Assembly (NCBI GenBank): GCA_046483985.1
Contig: JAWOCD010000001.1
Span: 1 to 19,704, forward strand
Length of the DNA: 19,704 nt
Origin: Promethearchaeia archaeon
GTDB lineage: Archaea; Asgardarchaeota; Lokiarchaeia; Sigyniarchaeales; SOKP01
Direction: 5' to 3'
Shown here: positions 7,882 through 17,249 of the stretch, piece after piece
Numbering within the stretch: position 1 is the stretch's first letter
How the letters are laid out: the number at the start of each line of letters is the position of its first letter
Program-made: the position numbers and the translations under genes
The notes under the pieces: model-generated
Seen by the model: only the letters and a program-made list of their open reading frames with translations
What the model was told of the DNA's origin: nothing
The model's database searches: none

Positions 7882-8526
7882 ATGACAAATCTTAAATATT
7901 GTCCAGAATGTGGAGCACAACTTGACGAAGATGCGGTTTTTTGCAATACATGTGGTGCAGATCTGAGAGAAAGGGAAAAGGCTGATGTTGAGCCCCACGT
8001 ACAAGAGCCCGAAGTTGTAAGAAAAGAAGAGCCCAAACCTCAAGGCGTAAAACCGAGTTATCAAGTCCAGAAGCAATATCAAAATGTTCCAGCTCCCCCG
8101 CCAGGTGTAGAATATGCAACATTCGGTCCCAGATTATTGGCATTTATCATCGATATAATCCTCATTTCAATTATAAGCGGAATAATTTCCTCACTGTTAC
8201 CTTTTGAATTACGCCAATTTTGGCGGTTTGCAATGTCTGCCCAATTAATTAGTTTTATCCTCTATACATTATACTTTTGGGGCCTTGAAGCCTACAATAG
8301 CGGTCAAACCTTAGGGAAGATGGCAATGCGACTCCGAACGGTGGACAAGGAGAATTTGGAAGTTGCAGACACAAGTCAATATCTTATTAATAATCTCTTT
8401 CGCGCCGGAGTACTACTCATTTTGGATATTATCCTGGGTATATTAATTAATTCTGGAGACCCTCAACAGAAGTTGAGGTTAGCTCAGAATCTCTCAAGAA
8501 CGGTTGTTATTCGAGAGCATATATAA
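7882..8526 (+). CDS. Zinc-ribbon + RDD family membrane protein
   Basis: N-terminal CPECG...FCNTCG, Pro/Gln-rich linker, then RLLAFIID and GQTLGKMAMRLR. Confidence 0.85.
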   Translation: MTNLKYCPECGAQLDEDAVFCNTCGADLREREKADVEPHVQEPEVVRKEEPKPQGVKPSYQVQKQYQNVPAPPPGVEYATFGPRLLAFIIDIILISIISGIISSLLPFELRQFWRFAMSAQLISFILYTLYFWGLEAYNSGQTLGKMAMRLRTVDKENLEVADTSQYLINNLFRAGVLLILDIILGILINSGDPQQKLRLAQNLSRTVVIREHI

Positions 8527-8706
8527 TTAGTATTCTCTTTTTATCCTTTTTTTTATAAATTCTGAGAAAATTTAGTTGTTAGCACAGATTTATTCAAAAT
8601 TATATTGTAGAGAAAAATTCCCAATGAATATCACATCTTTTTAAGGAATCACATATTCCAAAACATAGTTTGAATATAATTAAATAACACACGGAAAGAA
8701 TCAAAG

Positions 8707-9423
8707 TTGAAGTTTAAAAAAGTGGATGCCGTTTTTCTTATCGCAATTGCGGTACTGGTTATTCTTACTGTGGATTTACTCTTAGTAGAAGCTCATAGAG
8801 CGGCAATCACCGGTCTTTGGAGCAGAGAAGAATTTCAAAGTGAGGAGTTTTTTGCAAAGTTAGGACTTGTCTTTGTTATATGTATAATCGGAAATTTATT
8901 ACCTGTTCCTACCCCTTATTCTTGGTTTGTTTGCTTCGGATTCGCCTATATTGGAGAAAGTATATTTTTCCCTATGGTTTTTGCATTAGTTGCCGCTTTA
9001 GGTTGCTTAATAGGTGAATTAGGAGGCTATATCGTTGGAAGGGGAACCGCAGAAGTTATTTCGGAGGAGAGAGCAAAAAATCTCTCAAAATATCAAGAAT
9101 ATTTAACGGAACATCCGAAATTAGCACCATTTCTTATCTTTTTGTTCGGACTTACCCCTTTAAATGATGATATGTTAACAGTCCCGCTAGGCTTGATTAA
9201 ATATCCCGCAAAGAAAACCATCATTTGGATGTGGCTGGGTAAGTTAGGGATGATGACTATAATGGCCTATAACGTATTGGGGATTTGCGGATTACTCGGT
9301 GGAGAAAATTGGGAAGTAAGCCTTATCACGCTGTTCGCGATTGTAATCATGATTTATCTGATGGTGCGAGTGGATGTCGTGAAAAAAGTAAAAGATAAAA
9401 TAGATGCTAATAACGAGGAATAA
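8707..9423 (+). CDS. DedA/VTT (SNARE-associated Golgi protein-like) membrane protein
   Basis: LPVPTP, ALGCLIGELGGYIVGRG and FLFGLTPLNDDMLTVPLG. TTG start. Confidence 0.8.
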   Translation: MKFKKVDAVFLIAIAVLVILTVDLLLVEAHRAAITGLWSREEFQSEEFFAKLGLVFVICIIGNLLPVPTPYSWFVCFGFAYIGESIFFPMVFALVAALGCLIGELGGYIVGRGTAEVISEERAKNLSKYQEYLTEHPKLAPFLIFLFGLTPLNDDMLTVPLGLIKYPAKKTIIWMWLGKLGMMTIMAYNVLGICGLLGGENWEVSLITLFAIVIMIYLMVRVDVVKKVKDKIDANNEE

Positions 9424-9541
9424 TTAATCCTCAATTTTTCTTTTTTTATAATACCTTAAATACCTTAAAAAACGCGGTTTCTTAAATAATGGTAAATATC
9501 TAAATCTAAACTATGAACTTTCTCATTTATCTGAAGGACTT

Positions 9542-9700
9542 TTAAGAAGGGACGAATACAATAGCTAGAATGCTACCTAAAACAGAGATGAATAAAATGA
9601 GAATAATAAAGAAACTCAACCATTCTTTGCGTTTATCCCTTTTTCGAGCAACTCGTCTTGGGCGCCTTCTTCTGGGGTCTCTCTTTTTTTTTCGGCTCAT
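9542..9700 (-). CDS. Unannotated 52-aa protein: Arg/Lys-rich N-terminus and one C-terminal TM helix
   Basis: MSRKKKRDPRRRRPRRVARKRDKRKEWLSFFIILILFISVLGSILAIVFVPS*. Fills the intergenic gap and is co-oriented 55 nt downstream of the gelsolin-domain gene. Confidence 0.75.
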   Translation of the reverse strand: MSRKKKRDPRRRRPRRVARKRDKRKEWLSFFIILILFISVLGSILAIVFVPS

Positions 9701-9755
9701 AACTTACGATTCGTTTTGTTATACTATAATCTCAATATGAGTAAGAATTTATGAT

Positions 9756-10460
9756 TTAATTATTTTTCTTTTGAAGTAATTCGGTTAATACTACATTATT
9801 AAAAGAGAATAACATGCGCGGGATGTAATTTTCGGCAAGATAAGTGCCGTCGGGAATTTCCTCTTCCAATGGAAATAGTTCTTTTTCTTTGATCTGTTCG
9901 CCCATATAATTTCGATCATATTCCTTGTATCCGTAAATCTGATTCTTGACAATTACCATTTTCCGTTCAAACCCTTCGGGTATTCCAGCTTTCTCTAATA
10001 GAAGTAGGATTTTCTCCCGGGTTAAGGATTCCAACAGTTCTAAATCTTCTTCGGTTCCTTCGTACGCCGGTCCAGTTTGCTCCTCTTCATAATCGATCTC
10101 CTCTTCCAACCCTACCATGATTTTAAAGGCCAATGTTTCATTTCCGTCATCTACGGTAGTAATTTTATAGGCGATTCCGTGCTGATCCCGGATTTGTGGA
10201 GCAAGTTTGGCGCTAATAAATTTCATACGGGTAGTAGTGTTAGAACCTTGCCAGATCCATACGCGATAATGTTCTGGATCAACAAACAAGAGAATGAAAT
10301 CAGAATCCAATAATTCATATAATTCTACATCCTCCTCGATTTCCAGTTCTTCAAACTCTTGCTCTTCATCATTGTATTGATAAACTAAGATGGGTTCTTC
10401 CTTTAATTCGGGAATTTGACCCTTTTCTTGTTCTTCGTTTGATTGTTCCTCTTCAGACAT
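9756..10460 (-). CDS. Asgard gelsolin-domain protein (single gelsolin domain plus C-terminal extra domain, 1DGelX-like)
   Basis: LDSDFILLFVD...VWIWQGSN...KFISAKLAPQI...VDDGNETLAF matches the gelsolin-repeat consensus. Acidic linker and an ~90-aa C-terminal domain follow. Confidence 0.8.
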   Translation of the reverse strand: MSEEEQSNEEQEKGQIPELKEEPILVYQYNDEEQEFEELEIEEDVELYELLDSDFILLFVDPEHYRVWIWQGSNTTTRMKFISAKLAPQIRDQHGIAYKITTVDDGNETLAFKIMVGLEEEIDYEEEQTGPAYEGTEEDLELLESLTREKILLLLEKAGIPEGFERKMVIVKNQIYGYKEYDRNYMGEQIKEKELFPLEEEIPDGTYLAENYIPRMLFSFNNVVLTELLQKKNN

Positions 10461-10678
10461 TTAATTACATCCTCATTTTCAGTCCTATAATATGATTTAG
10501 TTTTTTTCCTATTTTATTGTTTTTATTTTCTTCTAGATTTTAATGTTGAAGTCTAAAAGAAAAATATTAGTTTTATATAGAAAAAGGAAACAACGTATTT
10601 TTAACGAGATTTTTATGAGGACAATTATTTTATTTAGATTATGATTACTCCTTGCCGTGCAAAGTCCTTCTGTATGAA

Positions 10679-10763
10679 TACAGGAAGCGGGATTTGAACC
10701 CGCGAACTCCTCCGAGACTGGATTCTGAGTCCAGCGCCGTAGACCAAGCTTGGCAATTCCTGT
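10679..10763 (-). tRNA. tRNA-Leu(CAG)
   Basis: Acceptor stem ACAGGAA/TTCCTGT plus discriminator A. Anticodon arm CTGGA-CTCAGAA-TCCAG, long variable arm, T arm GCGGG-TTCAAAT-CCCGC. No intron and no encoded CCA. Confidence 0.95.
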
Positions 10764-10855
10764 AAGATTAATTCAAAAATTACTGTGATAGATGTGGTTA
10801 ATAGCTGATATATCTAGACAAACTTGGACATAATTTAAATTTATCTATTATCTGT

Positions 10856-11137
10856 ATGACTTTGCGGTTTATTAAGCGCCGATTTTTTCCAATTTTCATG
10901 TATTCCATAGGAGTGGCAGCCCAACTGCTCGGGGTCTGCTGGAAAACCCTCAGACGCTAGGATAAATCCAATAAAATTCGGTGCTTGCGAACTGCGGGCG
11001 GGCATCGGCGTTTTTCCGTAAATGAAATTCAGAGATTTTTGGCAACAGAATCCGAGCAATTATCTCCCCTCGATCAAATATCTTCTTCCCAAAAAGGCAC
11101 GCGCTACGCTATTTATACGCTATTTAAACTAACTTAA
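10856..11137 (+). pseudogene. tnpA: IS607-family serine transposase (TnpA) N-terminal remnant
   Basis: From ATG 10898: MYSIGVAAQLLGVCWKTLRR*DKSNKIRCLRTAGGHRRF...RYAIYT. This is a MerR-type HTH with TAG (10958-10960) at the conserved Trp, truncated at the AIYARVS motif. Confidence 0.85.
11105..11126. repeat. 11-bp tandem duplication TACGCTATTTA x2
   Basis: Exact copies at 11105-11115 and 11116-11126, where IS607 similarity ends. Confidence 0.8.
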
Positions 11138-13282
11138 GATACGCGTTTTTCCGCATTGAGGGCATTCTAACTCTAGTTCCTCCTTACAAACTTCGGCTTT
11201 ATTGCCATTTAACAATCGTTTCCAGCAAACTAGTTGTTCACCTTCTTTTATCATATCTCTTCCATGATGTTGAGGTATTAGCTTTTTTGTTTCACATCTA
11301 TCACAGACAATCATTTTTGCCTCGGTTTCCACCATTTCTGGAGATATTTTTTTATAAGCATATTTATATCGAAATATGCGTAAGGAGTTTGCCATAACTA
11401 ATAAAGAAACCCCCATATCTCCGATACCCACAGCCAACCAGAGAGTCATAAGTCCAAGAACAGTCAATACAGCAAATGTCACTTTTACAATAATGGAAAC
11501 CCAAATATTCTCTTTTATAATTCTGTTGGTTTTATCCGCAATATCAACAAGAGTTAGGATTTTGGTTAAATCGTCATTCATTATAATAATGTCAGAAGTT
11601 TCAAGGGTTATATCGGTAGCTGATGCTCCAATAGCAATACCCAAATCAGATAAAGCTAAAGCGGGGGCATCATTCACACCATCTCCCACCATTGCAACAT
11701 TTTTTTTATTTTTTTTAAGGTTTTCTATTTCTTTTAGCTTCTCCTCGGGTAAAAGTTCTCCGCGAGAATAATCAACATCCAAACATTTTCCTATAGTATT
11801 GCAAACTTGTTGGTTATCGCCAGAGATTATAATGGTTTCATAACCTTTATTTTTTAATCCTTCTATTAAAATCGGAGAAGTAATCCGAAGCACATCACGA
11901 ATGGTGATAATACCAAGAATATTATTGGAGGTTCCTACCAAAAGTGGAATGGTTCCTTGATTTTCAATATCCGCTAAGATATCCTCCGGTAAATCCAGAT
12001 TTAAATCATTAAAAAAGCGCTGGCTCCCTACATAATATAAGATACCGTCAATTTCCCCCTTAATCCCTTTTCCTTTAATAATAGAAAAGTTTTGGACATC
12101 CAAGAGAGAAAGTTCTTTCCTTTTTGCTTCAGCAACAATTGCTCCAGCAATGGGATGCTCTGAAAGTAACTCTAAACTGGCAGCGATTTGTAAGATCTCT
12201 ACATCTTCCTTTTCGAGTTCTATTATCTGGAATACCTTCAATTTTCCCTCGGTTATAGTTCCAGTTTTATCAAATGCGAAAACATCAATATCTTCGAGTG
12301 CTTCGATAAACCTATTCCCTTTCACTAAAATTCCCTCTTTAGCAAGCTTTGTAAGTGACGAGATCATCGATAAAGGAGTCGATAAAGTGAGAGCACACGG
12401 GCAAGATATAACTAAGAGAATTAAGCCCCTATAAAACCAAGTATTGAAATCAGAACCAAAAAGAAGAGGTGGAAAGATCATAATTACCAATGAGATTAAA
12501 AGAATCAAAGGAGTGTAATATTTCGCGAATTTTTCAATAAACCGTTCCTTAGAACTCTTATTTTGTTGGGCAATTTTTATTCGTTCAGCGATTTTAGCAA
12601 CTATGGTATCTCCTGCTTCTCGAATAACCTCTATGTCAACAAAACTATTGGAATTTATGGTGCCAGCATATATCTCTTCTCCTTCTTCCTTTAAAACCGG
12701 TACAGATTCGCCCGTTATTGCACTTTCATCAAAATACGAATCACCTTTAATTATTATGCCATCTAAGGGGACTTTCATCCCAGGTTTAATCCCTACAATT
12801 TGTCCCTGTTCTATCGAACTGGTCGGAACGGCTTTATAACTGCTCCCCACTTTTAGGAGGGATTCATCTGGAGCCAATTCATATAACTCTTTGATTGCAT
12901 CTCGAGACTTATCAACAGTTTTATCCTCTATATATTCCGCGATAGAATAGAGCATAATCGCTGTTGCCCCTTCTTGTCCATGTAATATAAAAAAGGACGC
13001 AATCGCGGCAATAATCATTAGAATGTTCACGGAAATTTTTCGGTCTTTAATATTCTCAATGGCTTCTCTTAAAATTCCGCTGCCTGAAAATAAAATTGAA
13101 AATCCAGCCAAAATTTGGCTTAGCATAAGAAGGTTAAATATAATTTCAGAGATAAGAGCAACTCCTAATAAGATCGCAGCGCTCCCGGTAAATTTCCAAA
13201 AATGCTCTTCAAAATAGGACTCCTCCTCTTCCATCAATTCAGAATCCAATTCACAACTAGAATGAGAACAACTTGCAGTCAT
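11129..13282 (-). CDS. Heavy-metal P1B-type ATPase (ZntA/CadA-like)
   Basis: TGES, SCPCAL, DKTGT, SEHP, GDGVNDAP and TM8 GDMG. Confidence 0.92.
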   Translation of the reverse strand: MTASCSHSSCELDSELMEEEESYFEEHFWKFTGSAAILLGVALISEIIFNLLMLSQILAGFSILFSGSGILREAIENIKDRKISVNILMIIAAIASFFILHGQEGATAIMLYSIAEYIEDKTVDKSRDAIKELYELAPDESLLKVGSSYKAVPTSSIEQGQIVGIKPGMKVPLDGIIIKGDSYFDESAITGESVPVLKEEGEEIYAGTINSNSFVDIEVIREAGDTIVAKIAERIKIAQQNKSSKERFIEKFAKYYTPLILLISLVIMIFPPLLFGSDFNTWFYRGLILLVISCPCALTLSTPLSMISSLTKLAKEGILVKGNRFIEALEDIDVFAFDKTGTITEGKLKVFQIIELEKEDVEILQIAASLELLSEHPIAGAIVAEAKRKELSLLDVQNFSIIKGKGIKGEIDGILYYVGSQRFFNDLNLDLPEDILADIENQGTIPLLVGTSNNILGIITIRDVLRITSPILIEGLKNKGYETIIISGDNQQVCNTIGKCLDVDYSRGELLPEEKLKEIENLKKNKKNVAMVGDGVNDAPALALSDLGIAIGASATDITLETSDIIIMNDDLTKILTLVDIADKTNRIIKENIWVSIIVKVTFAVLTVLGLMTLWLAVGIGDMGVSLLVMANSLRIFRYKYAYKKISPEMVETEAKMIVCDRCETKKLIPQHHGRDMIKEGEQLVCWKRLLNGNKAEVCKEELELECPQCGKTRILS

Positions 13283-13437
13283 ATCGCTATCAATTTAAAT
13301 ATTGGTTAAGCAACTTAAAAACTTGGCATTATTAATTAAAAGAAAAAGTTTTCTTTTGCTTTTTTGATAAACCCTAATTATGCGGGAGATTTTATTTTTA
13401 GAAAAAAATTTTTAAACGAGTTCAATTAATTCTAAAT

Positions 13438-13977
13438 ATGGAAACCAAAATGGAAAAGAAAGATAAGCTTGAGTTTATTAAGTCAAGAAAAAGTATTCGA
13501 AATTTTGTACATAAAGAAATCAAGAAGGATACCATAGAAAAAATACTTGAATGTGGGCGATGGGCCCCCTCAGGGTTAAATAATCAACCTTGGCGGGTAA
13601 ATGTCGTAACGCATCCGACTGTGAAGCGGATGGTAGGAAAGTCTACCAAACATGGGGGATTACTAGAAAGCGCTAATGTGAATCTTGTCGTCTTCTTGGA
13701 TAAAGAAAAGGGATATGACCGAGTAAAAGATATTCAAGCGATTGGAGCATTTATGGAAAATTTATTACTCGGAGCCCATGCTTTAGGCTTAGGAGCAGTT
13801 TGGATAGGGGAGATTTTGAACAATAAAGAACCCGTAAATGAGATCTTCAAATTAGACCCAAAACAATTTGAATTAATGGGTGTAATTGCTATAGGGCATA
13901 TTGACGAGGCTATGGAAAAGAAAAAGGAAAAAAAGCGTGAACGACGGCCTTTAGAAGATTTTGTAGACTGGTTATAA
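13438..13977 (+). CDS. Nitroreductase family protein
   Basis: RKSIRNF, WAPSGLNNQPW and LLLGAHALGLGAVWIG. Confidence 0.92.
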   Translation: METKMEKKDKLEFIKSRKSIRNFVHKEIKKDTIEKILECGRWAPSGLNNQPWRVNVVTHPTVKRMVGKSTKHGGLLESANVNLVVFLDKEKGYDRVKDIQAIGAFMENLLLGAHALGLGAVWIGEILNNKEPVNEIFKLDPKQFELMGVIAIGHIDEAMEKKKEKKRERRPLEDFVDWL

Positions 13978-14331
13978 AGAATTATCTTTTTACGTCCATT
14001 AAGTAATCATCTTCTATATGGAAGTTATCTCTGGGAATAATGTAAACCCGTGATGAAGGTAATGTCTGAAAATAGAGTTATGTTTTAGCAAAACTTATTT
14101 AGAAATATTCAAATCAAGAAGAGAAATCCCCCTCTCGATTATTAGGTATTGGAGCCTTTATCAATTAGAGCGAGAAAATAATAATTGATTAAATTTCATT
14201 CGGAGAATCTTGAGACTTCTTATACCTTTATAAGGATTCAGATTATTATATTATCTCGGTATTATAGACTCATTTAAATCAAGACTATTTTTCTTTTAGT
14301 GAGTAAAATAGATTAAAATTGAATTATAAGT

Positions 14332-14715
14332 GTGAGGAGAAAAATGTTAAAGTTTTGGAAAAATGAAAATGAGGAAATCTTTACCTCTCCGAAAAAGATT
14401 ATGGGGTTTTCGAAGGAATCGGACGAGCTCGGAGGGTCAAGTGAGAGCCCTCCAACCCAGAGTTATTTAATTAAAAAATTTAAATTTCACCACCTCGAAC
14501 AACTCCAAGAAATAAAAAAGGAGTTATTGAATAACAAAATCCTCATAATCAATGCTGATTCTATCTTAAAAAATAAAAATATTCCTGTCAGAAAATTAAA
14601 GGACGGCATTGAAGATTTAAAGTCCTTTATTCGGGAATCCGGAGGCTCAATTGGCAGAATTGGAGAAGAATATCTAATACTTACTCCCAATTCCAATATT
14701 AGAATTCAAAAATAA
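14332..14715 (+). CDS. sepF: Archaeal-type cell division protein SepF (start may be ATG 14344)
   Basis: C-terminal GGSIGRIGEEYLILTP and ELLNNKILIIN pattern. Short N-terminal MLKFWK could be a membrane-targeting helix. Confidence 0.7.
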   Translation: MRRKMLKFWKNENEEIFTSPKKIMGFSKESDELGGSSESPPTQSYLIKKFKFHHLEQLQEIKKELLNNKILIINADSILKNKNIPVRKLKDGIEDLKSFIRESGGSIGRIGEEYLILTPNSNIRIQK

Positions 14716-14815
14716 GAATTCTTGCTTTCTACTATTATTGTTATTATCATTCTTAGTGGATGAACATTATATTTTAGCTAAGAAAAAAATAGAAATTAAA
14801 AGTTTGGAAGGACCT

Positions 14816-16063
14816 TTATCTCTTTTTTCTTTCTTCAAGAATCTCAATAAAACTCTCTATTTTATTGGAGACTTGAACTTCATTTAACTTGCGAGGGTCA
14901 TTTTGATCTGCATCTATGATAAGGCAGGGAATATCAAAATCATCGGTTAAATGACGCTTGAGATCATATAATCCGCAAGAGTTCGGTCTACAAGAAGCAT
15001 TATTATGCAGAATAACTCCATCAATATTCCATTCTTCTACGGTTTCTTTAAATTTCTTTACTCTCGTTTCCAAATCATATACATACCAGAAACTAAGCAT
15101 TAACTCTGCCATTGATTCTATTGGGTTGTTAAGCACCATTTCCTTAGTCACATTAGGGTTCATGTACTTGGAGAATGAGTAAGTATATGGCTCGTAAACA
15201 ATTATTGCATTATGTTGTTCTAGAAGGCTAAAGAACTTTAGGTTGTACCAGAACGGGATTCCCTCAAACATTAGACGATACTCCTCATTTGGCAATGCGC
15301 CTTCTCCCTTTTCCACTCGTTCTTTAGCTTCTTTATACATCTTTCTATATAATTTTACAGGTGTTTCAAGACCAGGCATAGTAAAAAGAGGGAAAAGTCC
15401 TCCAAAGGTATCCTTCGTGCTCACCGGACTTGGGACGTTTTTTCGCAACTCGTAAATATCCTGCCAAATCATACTGAGTTCATATGAGTTCTTTGCAACT
15501 TCTCTCGATCTTTCCATGTCGATCTCATGTCCAGTAATTTCTTTTACAAAGTCAAGAAATTCCCATAATTGTTCCTCTATATATTTTTTGTAGTAATTCT
15601 TCTGTTTATTACTGGTATTGCTGACAACATGCGGAACATCGATTGTATAATGTGGTACGTTGAATCTTTCGGCTTGTACTTGAAACCAATGCACATGAGT
15701 ATCACAGATTACATCACTCGAGAGCATAAAAGTAGGCTTTCTTATGCCTCCCACATCGGTGCTTGCTTCACTCTCCACAGCTCCAAGATTGGTTTTAAAG
15801 TAACTGCACATATCATATGAATAGCCCGTTTCTTCTGCAATTTCAATGAAATCTTTTGATTTTTTTCGAGCCGCTGAGACGGTTGCAGAATTTTCCGGCA
15901 ACATTGGCTGTACATCCATCGCGTATAAAAGTTCAACTGGAGTTCCAGAAGTCGCCCAAGCAGTTGGTTTTCCCTCACGATATGCTTGTTCTATGGCTAA
16001 ATAATGACGTCCCATCTCAAATTTAAGTTTTTTAGTCGCTTTTAACATTTTTCCTTTTGACAT
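14816..16063 (-). CDS. 2-hydroxyacyl-CoA dehydratase / benzoyl-CoA reductase family subunit (HgdA/FldB/BcrB-like)
   Basis: PVELLYAMD..PEN, DMCSY, ICD..WF and IDGVILHNNASCRP (three cluster cysteines). Confidence 0.88.
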   Translation of the reverse strand: MSKGKMLKATKKLKFEMGRHYLAIEQAYREGKPTAWATSGTPVELLYAMDVQPMLPENSATVSAARKKSKDFIEIAEETGYSYDMCSYFKTNLGAVESEASTDVGGIRKPTFMLSSDVICDTHVHWFQVQAERFNVPHYTIDVPHVVSNTSNKQKNYYKKYIEEQLWEFLDFVKEITGHEIDMERSREVAKNSYELSMIWQDIYELRKNVPSPVSTKDTFGGLFPLFTMPGLETPVKLYRKMYKEAKERVEKGEGALPNEEYRLMFEGIPFWYNLKFFSLLEQHNAIIVYEPYTYSFSKYMNPNVTKEMVLNNPIESMAELMLSFWYVYDLETRVKKFKETVEEWNIDGVILHNNASCRPNSCGLYDLKRHLTDDFDIPCLIIDADQNDPRKLNEVQVSNKIESFIEILEERKKR

Positions 16064-16083
16064 TTTTTTATAATACCTCCTTA

Positions 16084-17139
16084 TTATATCATCTCTTGAA
16101 ACGCTTCAAATCGGGTGGATAACTGTTTATACTCCTTTCGATTATAGAGCATTTCAATAAAAGTATATGGAATTCCCAACTTTTGAAACTGATCCTTCAT
16201 ATATGGATGATCATATAGCATGGGTTCACAGAACTTTTTTGCAATACTTAAAACTCCATCCACATTATATTGGTCAATCAGTTCTTTTAAAAATTCAACT
16301 CGTTTATACGATGGAAATTTTGTGGAATAAATCGGTTTACTTAGATAATATTCGGCCACTGCTTTAATTGGGTTCCCATTTTCGTTTGCTTGATTCCAAA
16401 AGTAACGAGTTCCCACACATAAATCATCACAGACTACTTGAAGCCCTAAACTTTCCAAATATTCCAAAAATTTTGTATCATCAATTACAGAACCCGTAAG
16501 TAAAATATCCTTATATGCGTCTTTATCAAATGGCTCTTTATCTTGTAGGGCTGCCTTTTCTTTTTTTAATTTCTCAAGCGCTTCTCTTCGATCGGTTACT
16601 TGAACCATCTTCACTAGGCGATGGAACTCAGAGCCTTTCAAAATGTATTTACTCCGATATTCTGACAACTCCTTTAAGAGAGCACGAATTTCATTCATAA
16701 GCTTGATGTTTTTACTTATTTTTTCGGGCGTAATCCGTACTTCGTAATACTTTTCAATTTCCGAAATCATATTCTTAATGTCCTTTACAAAAAATTTCCG
16801 AGCGATTTTATTCCGCTTTAAGGGGACATTGAGGAAATACATGAAATCAAAATCTACAGTCTCTAACCATATATCAAATTCCCGATTAGTACAATCACAG
16901 CCATGAGACGTAATTACCCCTGAAATCTGCGAATATGAGTTATTCAAAGCTCGTTCTAAAATGTTTCGAGCCCAAACACAATGAGTTGGGGGGATATGTT
17001 CATTTGCTTTCTGAAGATCCACTTCTGGGTTTCCAAATAGACGTATCGGTAATAGGTCGGCTGCTAAAAGAACCTCAACGGGCGTAACAATATCAGGATC
17101 AAAATAGCCTATTTTTTTGTTATTTTTCATTTTTTTCAT
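16084..17139 (-). CDS. 2-hydroxyacyl-CoA dehydratase family subunit (HgdB/FldC/BcrC-like)
   Basis: PVEVLLAA, HCVW, GCDC, DDLCVGTRY, VDGV...KFCEP and TRFEAF. Confidence 0.88.
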   Translation of the reverse strand: MKKMKNNKKIGYFDPDIVTPVEVLLAADLLPIRLFGNPEVDLQKANEHIPPTHCVWARNILERALNNSYSQISGVITSHGCDCTNREFDIWLETVDFDFMYFLNVPLKRNKIARKFFVKDIKNMISEIEKYYEVRITPEKISKNIKLMNEIRALLKELSEYRSKYILKGSEFHRLVKMVQVTDRREALEKLKKEKAALQDKEPFDKDAYKDILLTGSVIDDTKFLEYLESLGLQVVCDDLCVGTRYFWNQANENGNPIKAVAEYYLSKPIYSTKFPSYKRVEFLKELIDQYNVDGVLSIAKKFCEPMLYDHPYMKDQFQKLGIPYTFIEMLYNRKEYKQLSTRFEAFQEMI

Positions 17140-17249
17140 GTATAGATATTATTTTAACTATTTGATATTTTAAATCCTTGAGGATATAAAAAAATATTTA
17201 ATTAGATGATTTATTAGAATAATTAAGTACTTTTTAAAAGAGTTTAATT

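Noticed and set aside
10958-10960. In-frame TAG as possible pyrrolysine or readthrough codon
   Set aside because: It replaces a conserved Trp (TGG to TAG) in a gene that is also truncated, so it is ordinary decay.
10841-11059. 72-aa minus-strand ORF
   Set aside because: The opposite strand encodes a recognisable IS607 TnpA remnant.
14050-14069. GTGATGA-N9-CTGA, resembling half of a C/D box sRNA or K-loop in the 350-bp spacer
   Set aside because: No convincing second C/D pair or terminal stem, and the guide is short. A snoscan or RNA-seq hit would be needed.
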